NCBI GenBank assembly: GCA_964106645.2
Contig: OZ067045.1
Origin: Podarcis pityusensis
Taxonomy: Eukaryota
Strand: one strand, 5' to 3'
DNA length: 64,000 nt
In this document: piece by piece, positions 1-15,055 of the stretch
How the letters are laid out: every line of letters starts with the position of its first letter
Position numbering within the stretch: the first letter of the stretch is position 1
Notes under the pieces: generated by a model
The model's database searches: none
The model's input: the letters and a program-made list of their open reading frames with translations, nothing else
Told to the model about the DNA's origin: nothing
Position numbers and translations under genes: made by a program

Positions 1-2586
1 TCTCTTCTTTAAGGTAAATCTACCTACCTGAAAAATCTTAGATTGCATCAGGCTACCCTCTGAAAGTAATGGAGGAGTCTTGGTCAGATACTGGAGTCCA
101 TTAACCCAGGGTGGAATTCTAGTCCTACTCAGAGCAGACACATTGATGGTCAGGACCAACTTAGTTTCATTAACAGCAATGAGTCTACTCTGAAAAGCAC
201 TTAGCTGACTAGAACCCCCGGACTCCAATATTGTCCCTACGGGGACAGTCTTTAAAAACAAGCATGGTACAGTTGATACAATGCCAGATACAGTGACTGA
301 GGAGACCCAGATTCAAATCATGCAGGTATAACATTCTCTAGGTCAGGTGTAGCCAACGTAGCACCTTCCAGATGTTTTGGACTACAACTCTCATCAGCCT
401 CAGCTGGCATGTTCAATAGGCAGAGATGACTGAAGTTGCAGCCCACATAGAGGGCACCAGACTGGCTGCCCATGCACTAGGTGCTCCTTAGGCAAGTCAC
501 CGTCTTTAGGATAGTTGTGAGGATCATATAGGAGGGGAAGAGCATCCTGAGCTCCTGAGGGGGAAGGGCGGTTTATATATAAATACATTATTAAATATTG
601 GAAGTATGGTATAAGACCCTTATGCCACTAGTGTAGGGGAGGCTTGCTTTTGCAAATTGCATTATAGATGCAGCAAATAGGCTGACAGAAGGTGATTCTT
701 TCTATTTTTGATGGCCACTAGGGATGTTGGAGAATTCCATTAGAAATGAAAATGGGAGTGGAAAATGCTGCAATTTGCATGTTTGTTGGAGGTTAGGAAT
801 GGAAATCATGGTAGCGAATGCAAAATAGTATTTGCTATCCTTTCTTTAGTCTGCAAATGCTCCTTAAATAGGTTTTTTGGGGGCATTGCTTTTAATGTTT
901 TTCTTCCATGGAGATGCATTGAAATCAATTACATTATTGATTACATAATTAATTTAGTGAGTTTCAGTCATAGTGGATCGCAAGATGAACAATACAGGTT
1001 TTAGTAAAAGCTGAATTATGGCAGAGCAGAGGCAGCACTGAATGTGACAAGCCCAGAACAGGACCGAAATGGCCATCTACCAGCAGCTGCAGATTGTTTA
1101 CATTAGCAGGGGGTGGACTAGATGGCCCTTGAAATCCCTTCTGACACTTTGATTACAGTCTACTAACCAACGGCTTTCTCCACTGCTTTAAGATTCACAA
1201 GCTCTTCATCTCCACAAGTCTCATTGAACCTTTTCTTTGAAGGCAACATGCATGGCATCAAGCTGTTTACAATCAATCAAGGTGGGGCTTTTAGGATAGG
1301 AGGAGGGGCCTGAATCTACCTCTATACTTTTGAAAAATGTCAGCAGAGACATTTCTGCCATCAGTTTCCTGCCAAGACTAATAACAATGAGGTCCATATT
1401 TTCTGCAACAACTTAAACATGTGTATGCTCCCTTAAGCTGTATTCTCAGAACTTTTAAGGCCTGATTTTCTTCTTGGTACTCTTACATGCAGGGCAGAAA
1501 TACGGCTGCAAATAAACCCTTCTTGGCATAATTATGGTGCACAGCCCTGCTGCTTGAGTCATATGCCCACTGAATGAAAAAAAAAAATTAACAGCATGCA
1601 AAATTGCTATGAAACTTTACCAGTCTAGCAATGAAGCTGTCCTTCCCTGTACCTCAATAATAATTTTAACAATCCAAGTCACTTAAAACCTGCTTCCAAG
1701 CTGAGCGCATATTGTGGGTTTTTCCTGGGTAAGCAGAATTTCCTATGACTGCAATTCAATAAGTTATATCCCAGAAACAGTCATCAAATTCATGTCGCTA
1801 TTCATTCTTGAACAGGGCAGGAGCCTTAAAATCTATCATCAAGAGAACAGGGAAGTAGAATGGCTTGTTCTTCTCAAAAAGCAAAATAATGGGGCCCAAG
1901 AATAATGCATAAAAAGTGCAATTGCAGCCTAAATGAACACATTCAGTGCAAGCTGAAAGGGAACCTCTTAGGAAATAACAATAGACCTGCTTGGCTGGTA
2001 AAATACATCATTAAGCTGCACAGAACTAAGGTCGCTTCTTTGTCTTCTGTAAAGACATAGGCATTTTGGAAGGAAAGGTTTCTCTTGATGCATAGTTTGC
2101 TGGATGCATATAGTACTGGAATTGGAGCAGAGAGACCCAAGTTCTAACCATGAACTCACTACAGTATGAGTGCATCTTATGTGCAGGTCTAGTTCCAAGG
2201 AGGCATATAGAAATATACAGAATATACATATGTACAGAATATACGTATACAGAAAAATGTGCATACTCAAACTGCCCCCTTGTAACCACCACCACGTAAG
2301 CACCCCTTGCCTTCTGGAGCTGGCACACTAACAGGGCCTTGTCCGGCAAGCAAGGCAGACAGCTTAAAAGCTCTTTCTGTGCTGGGAATACCTGGTACAA
2401 TAAGACACCTGGTGCCAGCAGTTCCCATGGGAACTCACACAGTCTGAGATCTCACAAGAGCATCCCTGAACTCACATGCCGAGTAGGTCTTTTCTCCTAA
2501 GAAAGGCAAAGAGCTTAAAAGCCCTTTCCACGCCGGGAAAACATGAAGCAAAATGAGCTTTTAACCTCTCTTATAAGCTTGCATAA

Positions 2587-2924
2587 GGGATGCGGATGGC
2601 GCTGTGGGTTAAACCACAGAGCCTAGGACTTGCCGATCAGAAGGTCGGCGGTTCGAATCCCCATGATGGGGTGAGCTTCCGTTGCTCAGTCCCTGCTCCT
2701 GCCAACCTAGCAGTTCAAAGTGCAAGTAGATAAGTAGGTACTGCTCCGGCAGGAAGGTAAACAGCGTTTCTGTGCGCTGCTCTGGTTCGCCAGAAGCGGC
2801 TTAGTCATGCTGGCCACATGACCCGGAAGCTGTATGCCGGCTCCCTCGGCCAATAAAGCGAGATGAGTGCCGCAACCCCAGAGTCGGTCACGACTGGACC
2901 TAATGGTCAGGGGTCCCTTTACCT
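2587..2924 (+). mobile_element. Sauria SINE, full length
   Basis: tRNA-like head with A box and B box (GGTTCGAATCC), typical body and (ACCTTT) tail. 15-bp TSD ttataagcttgcata at 2571-2585 and 2925-2939. Confidence 0.92.
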
Positions 2925-5115
2925 TTATAAGCTTGCATATAACTTCTTGAATTTCAACCAGTCTTCAACCATGCATGGTTGAAATTGTGGAAGTTAAATG
3001 CGCATAAGCTGCAATTGTACTACATTTTGTCTTGGCTACAGTGCAAGACGGATGTCAAGGCATCATTTGGCACCAGCTGAGGACCTCCAGACCAGCAGTG
3101 GGTGTACTGACAGGTGACCACTTCAAACAGCCTGTTCACTTGCCTCTGGCTCTGGCCCAAAGTGGAGGAGCAAACAAACAACAATGGCGGGGAGGACCTG
3201 GACCTGCCTATTTTCACATTGGCACTGTCCGGCATGCCAGCAACAGTGAGGCACGTCAGCAGCAGGGAATGAGGACATTGAGGTGGAAGACTCATGGAGA
3301 GAGGGGACTTCCATAGATGGTGTCTTGCCCAAGTACCCCTCAAAACCTGGATTTGCTGCTACTAGGGTAAAAACAAATTCAAGCACTATTCTCCTGAGAA
3401 TTTCCTTTCAGTCACTGAATATTCAACTCAGTGATACAACTTAGCATACAGAAGGTCTCAGGTTCATTCGTCTGCATCTTCAGGTAAGTCTCAGGAAACC
3501 TCCTGGAGAGCCATTGCTAGTCAGTGTGGACAGTAGTTAGCTACATGGACCAACCTCTCACATCTTTTGTCTTTCCTCCCCCCCCCTCGCCCTTCCAGCT
3601 CTCACTCCATTCCAGCTATCTCTTCTTCACTTTCTGCTGAGCCTGATATTATGTTTCTCTCCTCTTCTTTCCTCCTCTGTGCTATGTTGTTCTTTGTAAA
3701 GCACCTTGTACACGGATGGAGCAACAGCAGGCAGCCAGACACACGAATTTGCTGCTACTTTAGTCCACTGGTTCAAGAGACACCACAACCATCCTTATGA
3801 GAACTGATGAATGGGAACAAGATGCCCCTTGCTTGCCTAGATAGAAGATGGAGAGGTTGTGCCCAGAAACAACTGGTGTTTCTGTGGCTTTTACAGCCTA
3901 CTATATAATGGCAAGAGCCACATAGATTCATAGAGCTGAAAGGGATCCTGAGTATCACCTTAGTCCAGGAATATGCAGCTGTCCCTTATGGGAATTGAAC
4001 CTTCAACCTTGCCATTATCAGCCCCACACTCTAATCAACTGAGCTATCCAGCTGACTGTGCTGCTCTACCTAGTTTTGGGCAGGCCACACCCATTCCTGC
4101 CACTGGGCCCCCAGAAGGCTGCTCTAAGGAGAATTCAGCCTTTGGACTGAAACAGGTCTCCCGTGCCAGCCTTAAACTGTTGGGCAGGTTCTGTCATGTT
4201 ACGCGCTGTGTACAATGCTCAAATCTTCGGGTGCTCAAATTTATTTCTTCGTCAATTAAGCACCCAGTCTATCCATTAATTGCTCAACATTGCACCCTCT
4301 GTTCTAATATCAAAAGCACTGCTTGGAAGAGGGCATCCGAGCCGCACAAGCTCCATCACGTGGGTTTCGTCAGCAACACGCACTGCTGCTTTGCTGTAGG
4401 ATGCTAATTGGAGAATGTTCCTTTTTCATCGCTTTCGTTGACTAGGAGACGTTTCTGGGCGGTAGAATCTGGGAGAGCTTCCCAAACTACTGAATGAAAA
4501 AGGATGGCTTTGCTATGTTCCCAACAGTGTTCTCTATTCAAATTAAATTAAAGGAAGAAATTAAGTTTTCTTCTACCGTATTGCTTGGCTAGGTTCCTAA
4601 TTATTAGAAAAGAGACAGAGAGGAAACAGACCTCGCACTGCCTATACCTTAGCTGAGCTACTCACAGCTGGAAAATTATAACATATCTCAATGAATTTGG
4701 TTTAAAAATAGTACAGTCAGAAGGGAAGGGAAGAATCCATATTGTTATTCTTAAAACTATGTTCAACATCCTCGTATTATTTAACTTTGCATTATTCACG
4801 GGGACAACACAAAGTTCACTCTTGCTTCTGAAGAAAGGTCAGGCACCTAAGAATAGCTAGGAACATCCAGGAGCTCAAAGAACTTCCTACCTGTTGGTTG
4901 AATTCTGCTTTGTCCAGGGAGGTCCGCTGCAGAGACACGAAAAGTGTAATGAAGGAGCAGTGAACTCCAACTCAGCAAGTTCATTAGGCTGTGAAATCTG
5001 TCCATTTCAGTTTCACTTAGAGTGCATTCAAATGTAGGGAATATTGTGATAATTGCCCTGACTGTCAAGTGCTTCTGTCCTGTTTTCTAATGCCCCTTTC
5101 ATACTGGGGTAGCTA

Positions 5116-5291
5116 GTGCTTTTTTTCGGGGGGGGGGGGTACGCAGGGGTACACATACCCCTAAACATTTTGTAAATCTTTGTACTTTTGTCCACTTACT
5201 GTATTTTTTGCACCCGATTTGAACTATAAAATTGTGATTTTATTGAGTCAAAATGAAAGTAGCCCTAAACATTTTTGAGGGGGAAAAGCAC
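5116..5291. mobile_element. Non-autonomous element with GTGCTTTT...AAAAGCAC termini (family also at ~57863-58000 and ~49082-49212)
   Basis: Terminal inverted repeat; the internal ccctaaacatttt motif recurs, inverted, in the ~57863 copy. Confidence 0.55.
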
Positions 5292-7875
5292 AGGGGTACC
5301 TGTTGTGTTATGTAGCTTTTTGACCAATATACTGGCATGCCACACAACATTTTATTCACACCAGTGGGTGTGCTTGTGACAGAACAACAAACATCATCGG
5401 ACCAGGTTGCTACTCCCCCACCCTTTCCACACATGGGTGCTTCTGTTCCCCCATGAAAACTGCAGGAAGTACCGTAAGTATATGCCCCAGTATACTGTCC
5501 CCAATTTCAATTTTCTGGGTTAATGGGGTTGCAAACAGGTTTTTTTCTGTTAGCAATTAACACGAAAACTAAACTAATCTAGAAACCATACATTCGGTAA
5601 AACACTGCACCAATAATCAAGACATCACACATTTGGTAAACATTGCACAACAAGAATCAAGAAATTGTACTTAGGACCACAGCTAGGCAGCCTTTTGGCA
5701 GGGTTGTATCAATGCACACACTGGTAACACAGAGGAGGAATGACGGATGAACTGAAAACTGCAGCAAGCAGTATGTGGTCCAATACTGGGATTAATATGA
5801 GAAATTCCAGTTAAACTGGACGCTCAGGAGAATCAGAACTCAGAGCAGAACAAACTGATGCATCTGGGAAAATCGGTATATTTCTAAGCTGTGTTTTTTT
5901 TTAATGACCAATATATTAAGGGGCACCAATGAGCTACACCCAGAGCTGCACATCTCAAGTCCCCAAAGGATGTTCAGGTGCAACAAATTGGCCAGTTCCC
6001 CATGTGCTCATTCCGAAGTCTGTTCTGTTTTGCATCTGTATTAATCTTTTAGGGAGGTTTTTTGTTTTTTACAATATAGGTGTTTAGAAACTTTATGAAA
6101 TAAATAATTAAATATATATATATATATCTGGTTGAAAATTTGTACTTAAATGTGAATTTAAATACATACGTTTGAAAATACTTTGCCACAAAACTCTTCT
6201 TGAAACATATTTTTCCTCAAATAACCCACTTCCAAAAGTATTTCAGCCCACAATAAAATACTTTTCAATGCATTTTGGAGCCACGGCCTGCAGAGAAGTG
6301 CAAAACCTTAAGAACAACTTGTGGCCTGATCTGCATGGGAGATCAGTTCATTTTGGTTCATGTGATAAGATCAAATTCCTCAAGCACCGCTAAGAGGCAG
6401 TTCTGGCGTTGGATGGGTTCAACAGCCCTGGGTGGCAAACGGTCCTATGCGAGGCAGGGGGTGGCATACCTGAAAAAGCAGCTTCGCAAAAAATAAATAA
6501 ATCCCACAACCCACCCATTTTTCATTGCTGATCTTCTGGAATAAATTATCTCCTTTCACCAGCAATCGCAGCATCAAGAAAGCAATTGCCCAGGAGTGTT
6601 ATCGCCAGCAAAACCTGCTTGCTGAAGGAGAAGGGTGGTGGAATATAAGCAACGCTCCCATTTAGACATGTGCTATATTTAGATTTCCATTTTCAAGCCT
6701 CAAACAATCTCCTGTTCTCCCCCTCCTCTTTCTCCCTTCATGGGTACAGCAAAGCTTTTAAACAGTACTGCAAAGTAAAAATAAAAATAAAAAGTGTTGA
6801 AAAATAAAACATCATCCTGAGAGACAAGTGGCTCCGATCTCTGATTCCTCCCGCGCCCAGTGCTTTGTGCAGGAGAAGTATTGCTCTCTACAGATTAATA
6901 ATGAGCCTGTTACTAACGACTCTTTTTCCATCCGAGAACCAAATGCCCAGGGGCTGCATGTCAGGGATTGGTGGGGCCACAGACAAAAGTGGGTGAAGCA
7001 ACTGTTGTGGCTCTTAGCTTTGTGCAGCAGGCTGCATTCCAACCTCACAAAAGTCGGAAGTTTCTGCACAGAGACAGACCTCTCGCCATCTTCCATCGAG
7101 ACAAAGAAGGGGCATTATCTCACATTCTAGGCAATCAAAAGCAGCTTGAGGGTGGCATGGAGCAGGCCTCTGAGGCGTGTGGTCTGGGGAGAGGGACAGA
7201 TGGAAATGCATTGATATGTGTGGGGAATGGCCACCCTGCGACGTGGTTTTTTTCTGTGGCAGCCCTGAATTTCTGTCTAGCATCGTCACTGTATAACTTC
7301 CACCATATGCTGATGAAACACCTCTTTACCCTGGCTTTTGACACCTCGGAAATGTGGGGGGTTATTAAGACTCACTCTATTATATTAACACATTTAAATA
7401 CTGCCGTTTTATATTGTAATCCACCCTGGGATCTTATGGTGAAAGGTGGGTAAGAAATCCATCACCAGCATGTCATCACTTTTGAAGTTTTTAAACCCAT
7501 GGGAATTACCAGACATAGTGAATTCGAAGCTGAAAGTCCATCTCAAGTACTACAAGTGGCGTCAACTGTCAGTTGGACGTGCCTAAAATGGTCGCCACCT
7601 GTAGTGGCAAAAGATTAGAAACAACAGACATTACCAAAAAGAGGAAGTATGGTATACCATAAGCTTTCCTATCAGCTCTGAGAGAGGGTGAAAATTAATC
7701 AAAAGTCTCATTGTCACAGCTTAATTACAAGGGTAGGAAACCCATTTCAACACAAAGGCCACATTCCCATCTGGTCAACATTCAGGGGCTGCATAAAAGT
7801 TGTGGATGGTCTCAGAAGCAAAAGTGTGCAGAGCATCAAATGTACATTTAGATTTGTACATTAGACTGGTTTCTA

Positions 7876-7876
<1 letters not shown>

Positions 7877-7918
<42 letters not shown>
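7877..7918. repeat. (CT)n(CA)n compound microsatellite
   Basis: Directly visible. Confidence 0.95.
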
Positions 7919-10900
7919 TCTGCTCCATCCAGGTAAACAAGAGGCCTAATCAGAGTTGAAGGACACATTCCAGCCAGGCAAAAACACTCAAGGAGGGTGT
8001 GAAGCAGGGCTGGTGAGGGGTGTAGCCCAAGGAGATAAGTGTGGCTAAAGAGGGGGTGTGTCCTGGGAGCATTTCAGGGGTCAGTCAGAGAGGCCTGGAG
8101 GGCTGCATTTGTCCACAGGCCTAAGGTTCCACCCTTTGTTAGATATTGGAATAAGATTAAGCTATAAGACCAAATGTAGTGGCTCTTGTCAAAGTATGAT
8201 TTATGGAGATTGCTGCTTTCTTATAAAGTTTGCATTGTATGAAACGAACAATAATTTGTTGCTTTTTAATTTTTTACAGGTTTAAACCATGTGAGTCGAG
8301 GTTTGAAGAAGTTGTTACATCTGGTTAAGCTCATTGCCATTTTGTGTTCCTTGCGCCTTCGCTCTTGCCGGAATGCCATAATTCACAGGCGACAGGCCGT
8401 AAGCGCTGCAGACAATGCAGGCTGTAGCAAAGTATTTGGGAACTGGAGTGGCTCTCGTATCATAAAGGCAAGAAATAATGTGGTCTGCTTTGTTGCCAAA
8501 TTAAAGCATTCAGGAGAGGAGGTCATGCTCCTGGCTGGGATTATTGAGTCTTTAAAATTCACTCCTGTAATTAGGTTCTGGGGAAAACTAGAAAGGAATT
8601 AAATGAATACATTTCTCCTGTTTTCTGAAGCACATTGTCTCGAGCCTGCTAGCGAAGGGCCTGTCATTATGATGAGCGGGGGTGATTAAAGGGGAGAGAG
8701 GGAGGGGCTGTGCATGGCTGGGGGGGGGGAGGAGAAGTCTGGTTCTCTCCATGGCACTAGTGGAGACAAATGGAAGCCACTGCTTGCTTGCACACAGCAG
8801 TATGGGGTGTGGAAGGAAGATAAGCAACTCTGAGTACAAAGGGAAGCAGGAGATGGTGCTGGGTTCAGTTCTCCTACTCCAGCCTTCCCCAAACCAATAT
8901 TTTGGACTCTACCCACCCCATCAGCCCCAGCCAGTGTGGCCAATGACCAGAGACGATAGGGAGCAGTATTCCAAAATGGCGACTCCCAAACTCCTCCTCT
9001 GCCCAGACTGCTGGAAAATTGTTGAGGGTCTTGGCGGATTACTGGATCTTTCTGCCTGTCACTTCGCAACTGCAATGTGCTATGCAGGCTTACAATTAGT
9101 GCTCATTTGAAATTTCCCAGAAAGCATTTTTTTCTGAGATATTTCTCACTTCTTGCCCCCTCACTTCCCTGCCCCCTGAAACATAAGGGCACTTTTCAGA
9201 ATTTTGACTCACTATCCTTCGCTGCCCTGGCCCTGGAGTTCAGAAGAAACCAAGACCCTAAGTCAGAGGCTGCAGCATCACCACCCATGGAGAGCATCCA
9301 GGTTTGTGACTGAGCACCTGATACTGGTGACCATGGGGCTGCTGTACCTGGTAGACAGGAGTTTCTGGATTAGGTCCTGCAGCACCAAGGCCCACAGACC
9401 CAGAGCCAGGGAAGAAGCTTCTCCTGGGCCCAAGGATCTGAGTGTCCCTCATGCTACCCCACCAGTCCAACTGCATAAGAAGCACAACAGGCAGGGGACA
9501 GTGAGCACACAAGGAGTGCCGAGTTACAGATGAGAGGGCTGGCCCTTTGAGAGACTGACTCTCTAAAAAAGGGTGGAGCCTAGGAGAGATGGATGGGAGG
9601 CAGAGGCTCTGAAAGCTTCAGTCCACCTCTAGCATTTATTGAAGAAAGTTGCTTGCTCCCTGGGCTCCTTTGCACCACCAGAGCAGACCAGGGCAGCCAT
9701 AATAGTTTGGTGGCGGCTGCAATTTGTGTTTGAACAGTTCTAGGTCTCTGGGGCATTGTGGAGGATTCAAAATGGTAACCATGGCCGTAAACCCAGTGCC
9801 AATTGGTGCCATATTTGTAGGAAAAAAGGAAAAAAGAAAGAAGCTCTGTTACTGTCTTTGCTAATGGTGGTCCCCACCCCTGAGGAAAAAAATGTGAAGA
9901 TTTTTTCTTTCCCCTCAATAGTTAGTGAAATCTTTCCTCATTGCCCAGTCTGCAAATATGGTGGAGAATTTTGAGAGGCCGTCAGTACAGAGCTCTGCTT
10001 ACAACCGAATCTCAAAACAGCATAGTAAATAATTAAGAATCAGGCGGAAGAGAAGGAGGGTGTCAAAATTAAAAACATAGTACCAAGAAAGAAACTAAAA
10101 ACATAGTTGTAAAGTAGCTGAAAGTGATGAATTGCAAATCTTTTAATCTTTTAATGGGGAAGGGAATGACTGAATGAAAGGAAATGAAATTTATTACAGT
10201 CCCAGACCAGATTCACATACCATACTAAGCAAACATAAAACACAATAGAATTAAGTTTGAATTAACAATCAAATATAACAATAAACAATAGGAATACGAT
10301 TGAACCAAATATCAGCTGGCAACAATTTCCAGAAATGTCCCTGTCCTTTAAACATGCTTCCATTTTTTTAAATATTAAAATTCCCCCCAACCCTCGGCAA
10401 GGTGAATCAGTGCCCTATGCGTCCACACTCCCTGGCTCCACCCTGGCTCTAGCCCTGTGGCCCACTATAGCATGTGATATGCCTTGAGTACAGTATGGCT
10501 CCCTTGTAAATGGGCCAGTCTGAGCGGCAAAATCATAGTAACTCATTTCCTGACCCAAATCCTTACCATGTTTATTCAGCCACGGAGCCCTTGATTATCC
10601 AAACCTGCCTTAGGGAAGATTTGCTACATTTCATTCACCCCCACACCAAAAAAACAGGCTTATTTCTGCCTGACACATTGGTTGAGCATCTTCAGTCCTG
10701 AAAGGCATGCGTCACTGACATTTTCTGTACATAAAAATATTACAGCTGCCAGCATTATCTGACTCGGCTACTACATTGTGAAACAAAAGCTTCACATAGC
10801 CGCCTCATCAAGCAGCACAACTCTTTGCTTTATATACTTTCTGTTTGGGAAAAGTCAGATCATCTTCCTGTGCAGCAGTTCTTTGTGTTATGTTCCATCC

Positions 10901-11667
10901 CTCTGGAAGGACCCAGTGGGCTGCCATTGTTTGCCATTGTGTCCATATGGGATACCATATGCTTCCAGGGAAATATGTATGTAGTTGTCGAACTGAAATA
11001 TGGCTTTGGGTTTTGGTTTTCAAGATAATGAAGGGTTGTTTTTTTCCAAGTTAGCAAGCTCTTTGAAATATTTACATCATCTCTTGACACTGCCCTTCAC
11101 AGCACTGCCTGCTTAACCTCACTATCGCCACGCCTGTGAAGTTAGCTGCAGGTGAAACATTCACAGCAACATTTATAGCAGGGATAGGGAACTATGCAAC
11201 TCACTCCCTCAGGAGCCAGTGATGGCCACCAACCTGGAAGGCTTTAGAAGAAGATTAGACATGGGTTGGGGGGGGGGGCTATTGAAGGCTATTAGCCACA
11301 ATGGCTATGCTCTGCGCATTGGTGGAGGAAGTGGGGTGTCATCACTGAGGGGAGTGACAAAATGACAAAAATATGAGGGTCTTTTTAAAAAAATTGGGCT
11401 CACAAAACTTTTTAGTTCAATCAACAGACCTAACAAAATACATCTGGCACTGGGCACCACACCGTGAGGGCCGGCACTTACCGCGAGGCCTGCAGCGTGC
11501 CTGAGCCAAGCAGCTCTCCTGGGAGTGACATGGTGGCTTGGGTGCCTGCAGATTCCATGCTGTCTGAAACGGCAGCGTGGGACTTGCGTCTGCCCTCCGC
11601 CTCTCCCTCCGCCGCCCTACAGCTGAGGGGGAGGCAGTGGAGAGGCTCCATACAGCGTGCCCCACCC

Positions 11668-11733
11668 CCATGGGCGGCTCACCCCGCATCCATGGGTGGC
11701 TCGCCCCACATCCATGGGCGGCTCACCCCGCCT
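11668..11733 (+). repeat. 22-bp GC-rich minisatellite, 3 copies, inside a GC-rich insertion
   Basis: ccatgggcggctcaccccgcat / ccatgggtggctcgccccacat / ccatgggcggctcaccccgcct. Confidence 0.85.
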
Positions 11734-12227
11734 CCGGCTGCAGGACGTGCGGGCCGCCCCCAGCACCTGAGCGGCCAGCTACGCTGCTAGCTCTGCCTCC
11801 ACAGTTGGGGGCACTAATGCTTCTGAATGGCCATTGCTGGAAAATACAGGAGAGGAGAATGCTCTTGTGCTCAAATCCCACTTGCTGCTTTCCCACAGGC
11901 ATGTGGTTGTCACAGATATCATCCTTGGTTCAACAACGGCTGCCGCCCATTGGGACTGGTAGGGTGAAAAACAGGGAGGCCGACAGTAGGGGGAGCCACA
12001 GCCAATGAGAGGTGGAGTCAACTAATTATGGTTTTGTCTCCATCCTCCTCCCTATCGTGTTTTGGTGGAATGAAGGAGGAGGAAGTTGGAAAAAGGCAGG
12101 CATAGCTGAAATCCTTTGCACACTTTTCTGGGAGTAACCTCCATTGAATACAGTGTAGCACACTGAGGAATTGTGCTACATGAATGATACCCGTTGGTTA
12201 TATAGAATCACCATACAGTCCAACGTA

Positions 12228-12446
12228 CAGTGGTACCTCGGGTGACAAACACCTCGGGTTACAAACACTTTGGGTTACAGACTCCGCTAACCCAGAAGTA
12301 GTACCTCAGGGTAAGAACTTTACCTCAGGATGAGAACAGAAATCGTGCGCCGGTGGGGCGGCAGCAGTGGGAAGCCCCATTAGCTAAAGTGGTATCTTAG
12401 GTTAAGAACGGTTTCAGTTTTAAGTTCGTAACCAGAGGTACCACTG
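12228..12446. mobile_element. Tc1/mariner (pogo/Tigger-like) MITE
   Basis: TIR CAGTGGTACCTC...GAGGTACCACTG flanked by TA on both sides (12226-12227, 12447-12448). Confidence 0.88.
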
Positions 12447-14691
12447 TATAATATAGCCATTAAGTCTATACAGCAAAGTTCCCCAAACATCTCATAACAG
12501 GGGTACATTAATTTCTTTTTACTGAATTATAAACAGGAAGCACACTTCAATCCTATACCTCAGAAGGCTTACTTCCAGAGCAGGGGTGGGGAGAAAGCCA
12601 CATGTTCCCCAGCCTTCCTGTATCCCAGGGGTGAGCAACCTGTGGCCCTCCAGATATTGCTGGACTGCATCTCCCATCATCCTTGACCACTGGCTATGCA
12701 GGCAGGGTCTGGTGGATGTTGCAGTCCAACACCACCTGGACGGTCACAGGTGTCCCACCTCTGTTCTTGCACCACACTGACAGTTCTTGTGTGTCCTGAA
12801 ACACGATGCACAAATTGTAACCTGGCAACACTGGAGTGGTGTGCTTTCTTTGCAAAGCCAGCTCTTTCCAAGTCCACAGGCATGTCGGAGTGAGCCTCAT
12901 TACTACCCTATGGTGCCATCGCCTCCCGCAGATCACACGAGCGAAGCTGGCATTTCCCTTCATTATCAAATGCTGTTGTCTGCCACGAAACAACAAATGC
13001 ATGGGGGGAAACACTAGGCACACTTCCCCCACACCCCTTGCCGAGTTCATTTGTGGACGCCCTCGGTCGCTTCTGGACGTTGCAAAATTACAAAACAATG
13101 GAAGCTCTTGGGAGCAGGCAATTACGGTGTTGTCGTACACTTTGCTGGAAGGAGGACACAGACAACGCTGTTGATACAGGCAGGGAACACTTATGAAATG
13201 CCTCCATCCTTTTGAGGACAGATGCAAATTCGCTAGCTTCATTGAAAAATCATTGTCCTCAGCATCCACTCATTCTAACAAAGCGGTCCCCGGAGGCTAT
13301 TTTGGTTTGTCATCATGTCATGTCAATAAAAATAGTTTGTGCCTGCGATTCCATTTTTAGGCTATTGCTTCTGCGGCAGAGGCTTGTATTCCCCCTGCCC
13401 CCATATGCTTTCTAAACCACCAGTCGGGGTGAAATTACTCCTAGTTTACAGCTGCTTCCAGTGAATCACTGATGGCATAGAGACCATGGAACATTTTTAT
13501 CATTCCTTTTCTCAAGTCAGTTTTTGTACAACAGAACCAGGGATGGGTGAAGCTGCCCATTTTGGTTTCTCATTTTTCCAACTAAGTTCTTCACAATTCC
13601 ACATAAATCTGAGGGTTTTTTTAAGTCCTCATGAAGATTTTCCAACATTTTAGTGCAAATTTCTCCCAAAGTACACATTTGTGCATTCATCCCCCCCCCA
13701 ATATAATGCATTTTTGCATATTATTTTCTCTAATATGTACATTTTTATGCACACTTTACCCTAGTATATGCATTTTGTGCCCATTCTATGGCTGGAGAAG
13801 TGCCTTGCAAAATTCAGTGTGAATTTTGAAGAATGGGTACATTTCAATTCACTTACAATTTTGGAAAGTATGAGTTTAGCCTTTAAATGTGAACTGAAAC
13901 AAAATTATCCCCTATTAGGAAGGAGAAACTCTCTGTTCTATTTAGAATATGAAAGGCGATCTGAAAAGTGTTCCATCCACTTGATCAGGGGTGGGAGAAT
14001 TCCGCCTGCCTGCCCAAGGGCCCATTTCCTCCTGGGCAACCTTCTATGGGCTGCATTCTTTTCTGGGTTGCCGTCTGGTTGCCCTCTTTGGATGAAGGAT
14101 TGCCAGTCTAGTCAATATATGAAGGATCAGGCCAAAAGCCAATCTAGTCCAACATCCTGTTCTCATGCTGGCCAACTGCATGCCTACACATGGCCCACAA
14201 GCACGACCTGAGCACAACAGCACTCTCCCCACTTGCTATTCCCAGCAGCTGGTTTTCAGAGGCATACTGCTTCCAACAGTGGAAAGACATATTGTACCAG
14301 ACTAGCCAGCAAAACAGTATTCTACCAGGTAACCAGTACTGTGGTCTGAAAAATCAGCGAAATGAAGATTCTGCCAGGCACTACCCATGACTTGTTACAG
14401 GCTCCACCCACGATCCTCCCATGACCCACAAGATTCAGTCATAGCCCCACCTGACCTGGATCTGTACCCGGGTCCTGCCCATGGGTAAATATCTGTTCTT
14501 TTAACTCCAAAGTTGGCCATTCTTTATGTGTGATTTGCATGCACTGTTTTTCTCAGAGCACAGCTACAAACCCGGGATCCTCTGTGTGCAAGATTTTTAT
14601 TACAGTCCTGCAGTAAGTGGTGGTTCCAATTTATATGCACTGAGATTTTTTTTAAAGGCAATAATAGATTTTTGTTTATTTTTAGCCAAAA

Positions 14692-15055
14692 ATCATAGAT
14701 TGTGGAATTGGAAGGGATCCTCTGGGTCATTTAGTCCAACCCCCTGCAATGTAAGAATCTCAACTAAAGCATCCATGGCAGATGGCTATCCAACCTCTGC
14801 TCCAAGGAAGGAGAATCCACCACCTTCCTCTTCTCCAGGTGAAATATATCCCATTCCCTCAACCGTTCCTCATAAGGCTTGGTTTCCAGGCCCTTTATCA
14901 TCTTGGTCGCCCTTCTCTGCACATGTTCCAGCTAGTCAATATCCTTCCTTACTGTGGCGCCCAGAACTGGATGCAAGATTCCAGGTGGGGGTCTGACCAA
15001 GGCTGAATAGAGTGAAGCTATTACTTCCCTTGATCTGGACACTATACTTCTGTTG
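14692..15055 (-). mobile_element. CR1 LINE 3' fragment
   Basis: Reverse-complement CR1 3' terminus (atcatag…ggaagggatcc…gtcatttagtccaaccccctgcaatg) plus degenerate ORF2 sequence. Other CR1 ends near 1105, 3925, 21270, 24865 and 30352. Confidence 0.7.

Noticed and set aside
2587-2665. tRNA-like sequence with A/B boxes (also ~3990-4050, 29987, 60870)
   Set aside because: SINE heads, not tRNA genes: no complete cloverleaf and continuous with SINE bodies.
11417-12008. Several overlapping GC-rich ORFs
   Set aside because: Arise from a GC-rich inserted repeat and 22-bp minisatellite; no protein-like signature.
12694-13269. 191-aa minus-strand ORF, the longest outside the retrotransposon
   Set aside because: No recognisable domain, its end runs into a MITE, and no convincing splice context; likely chance.
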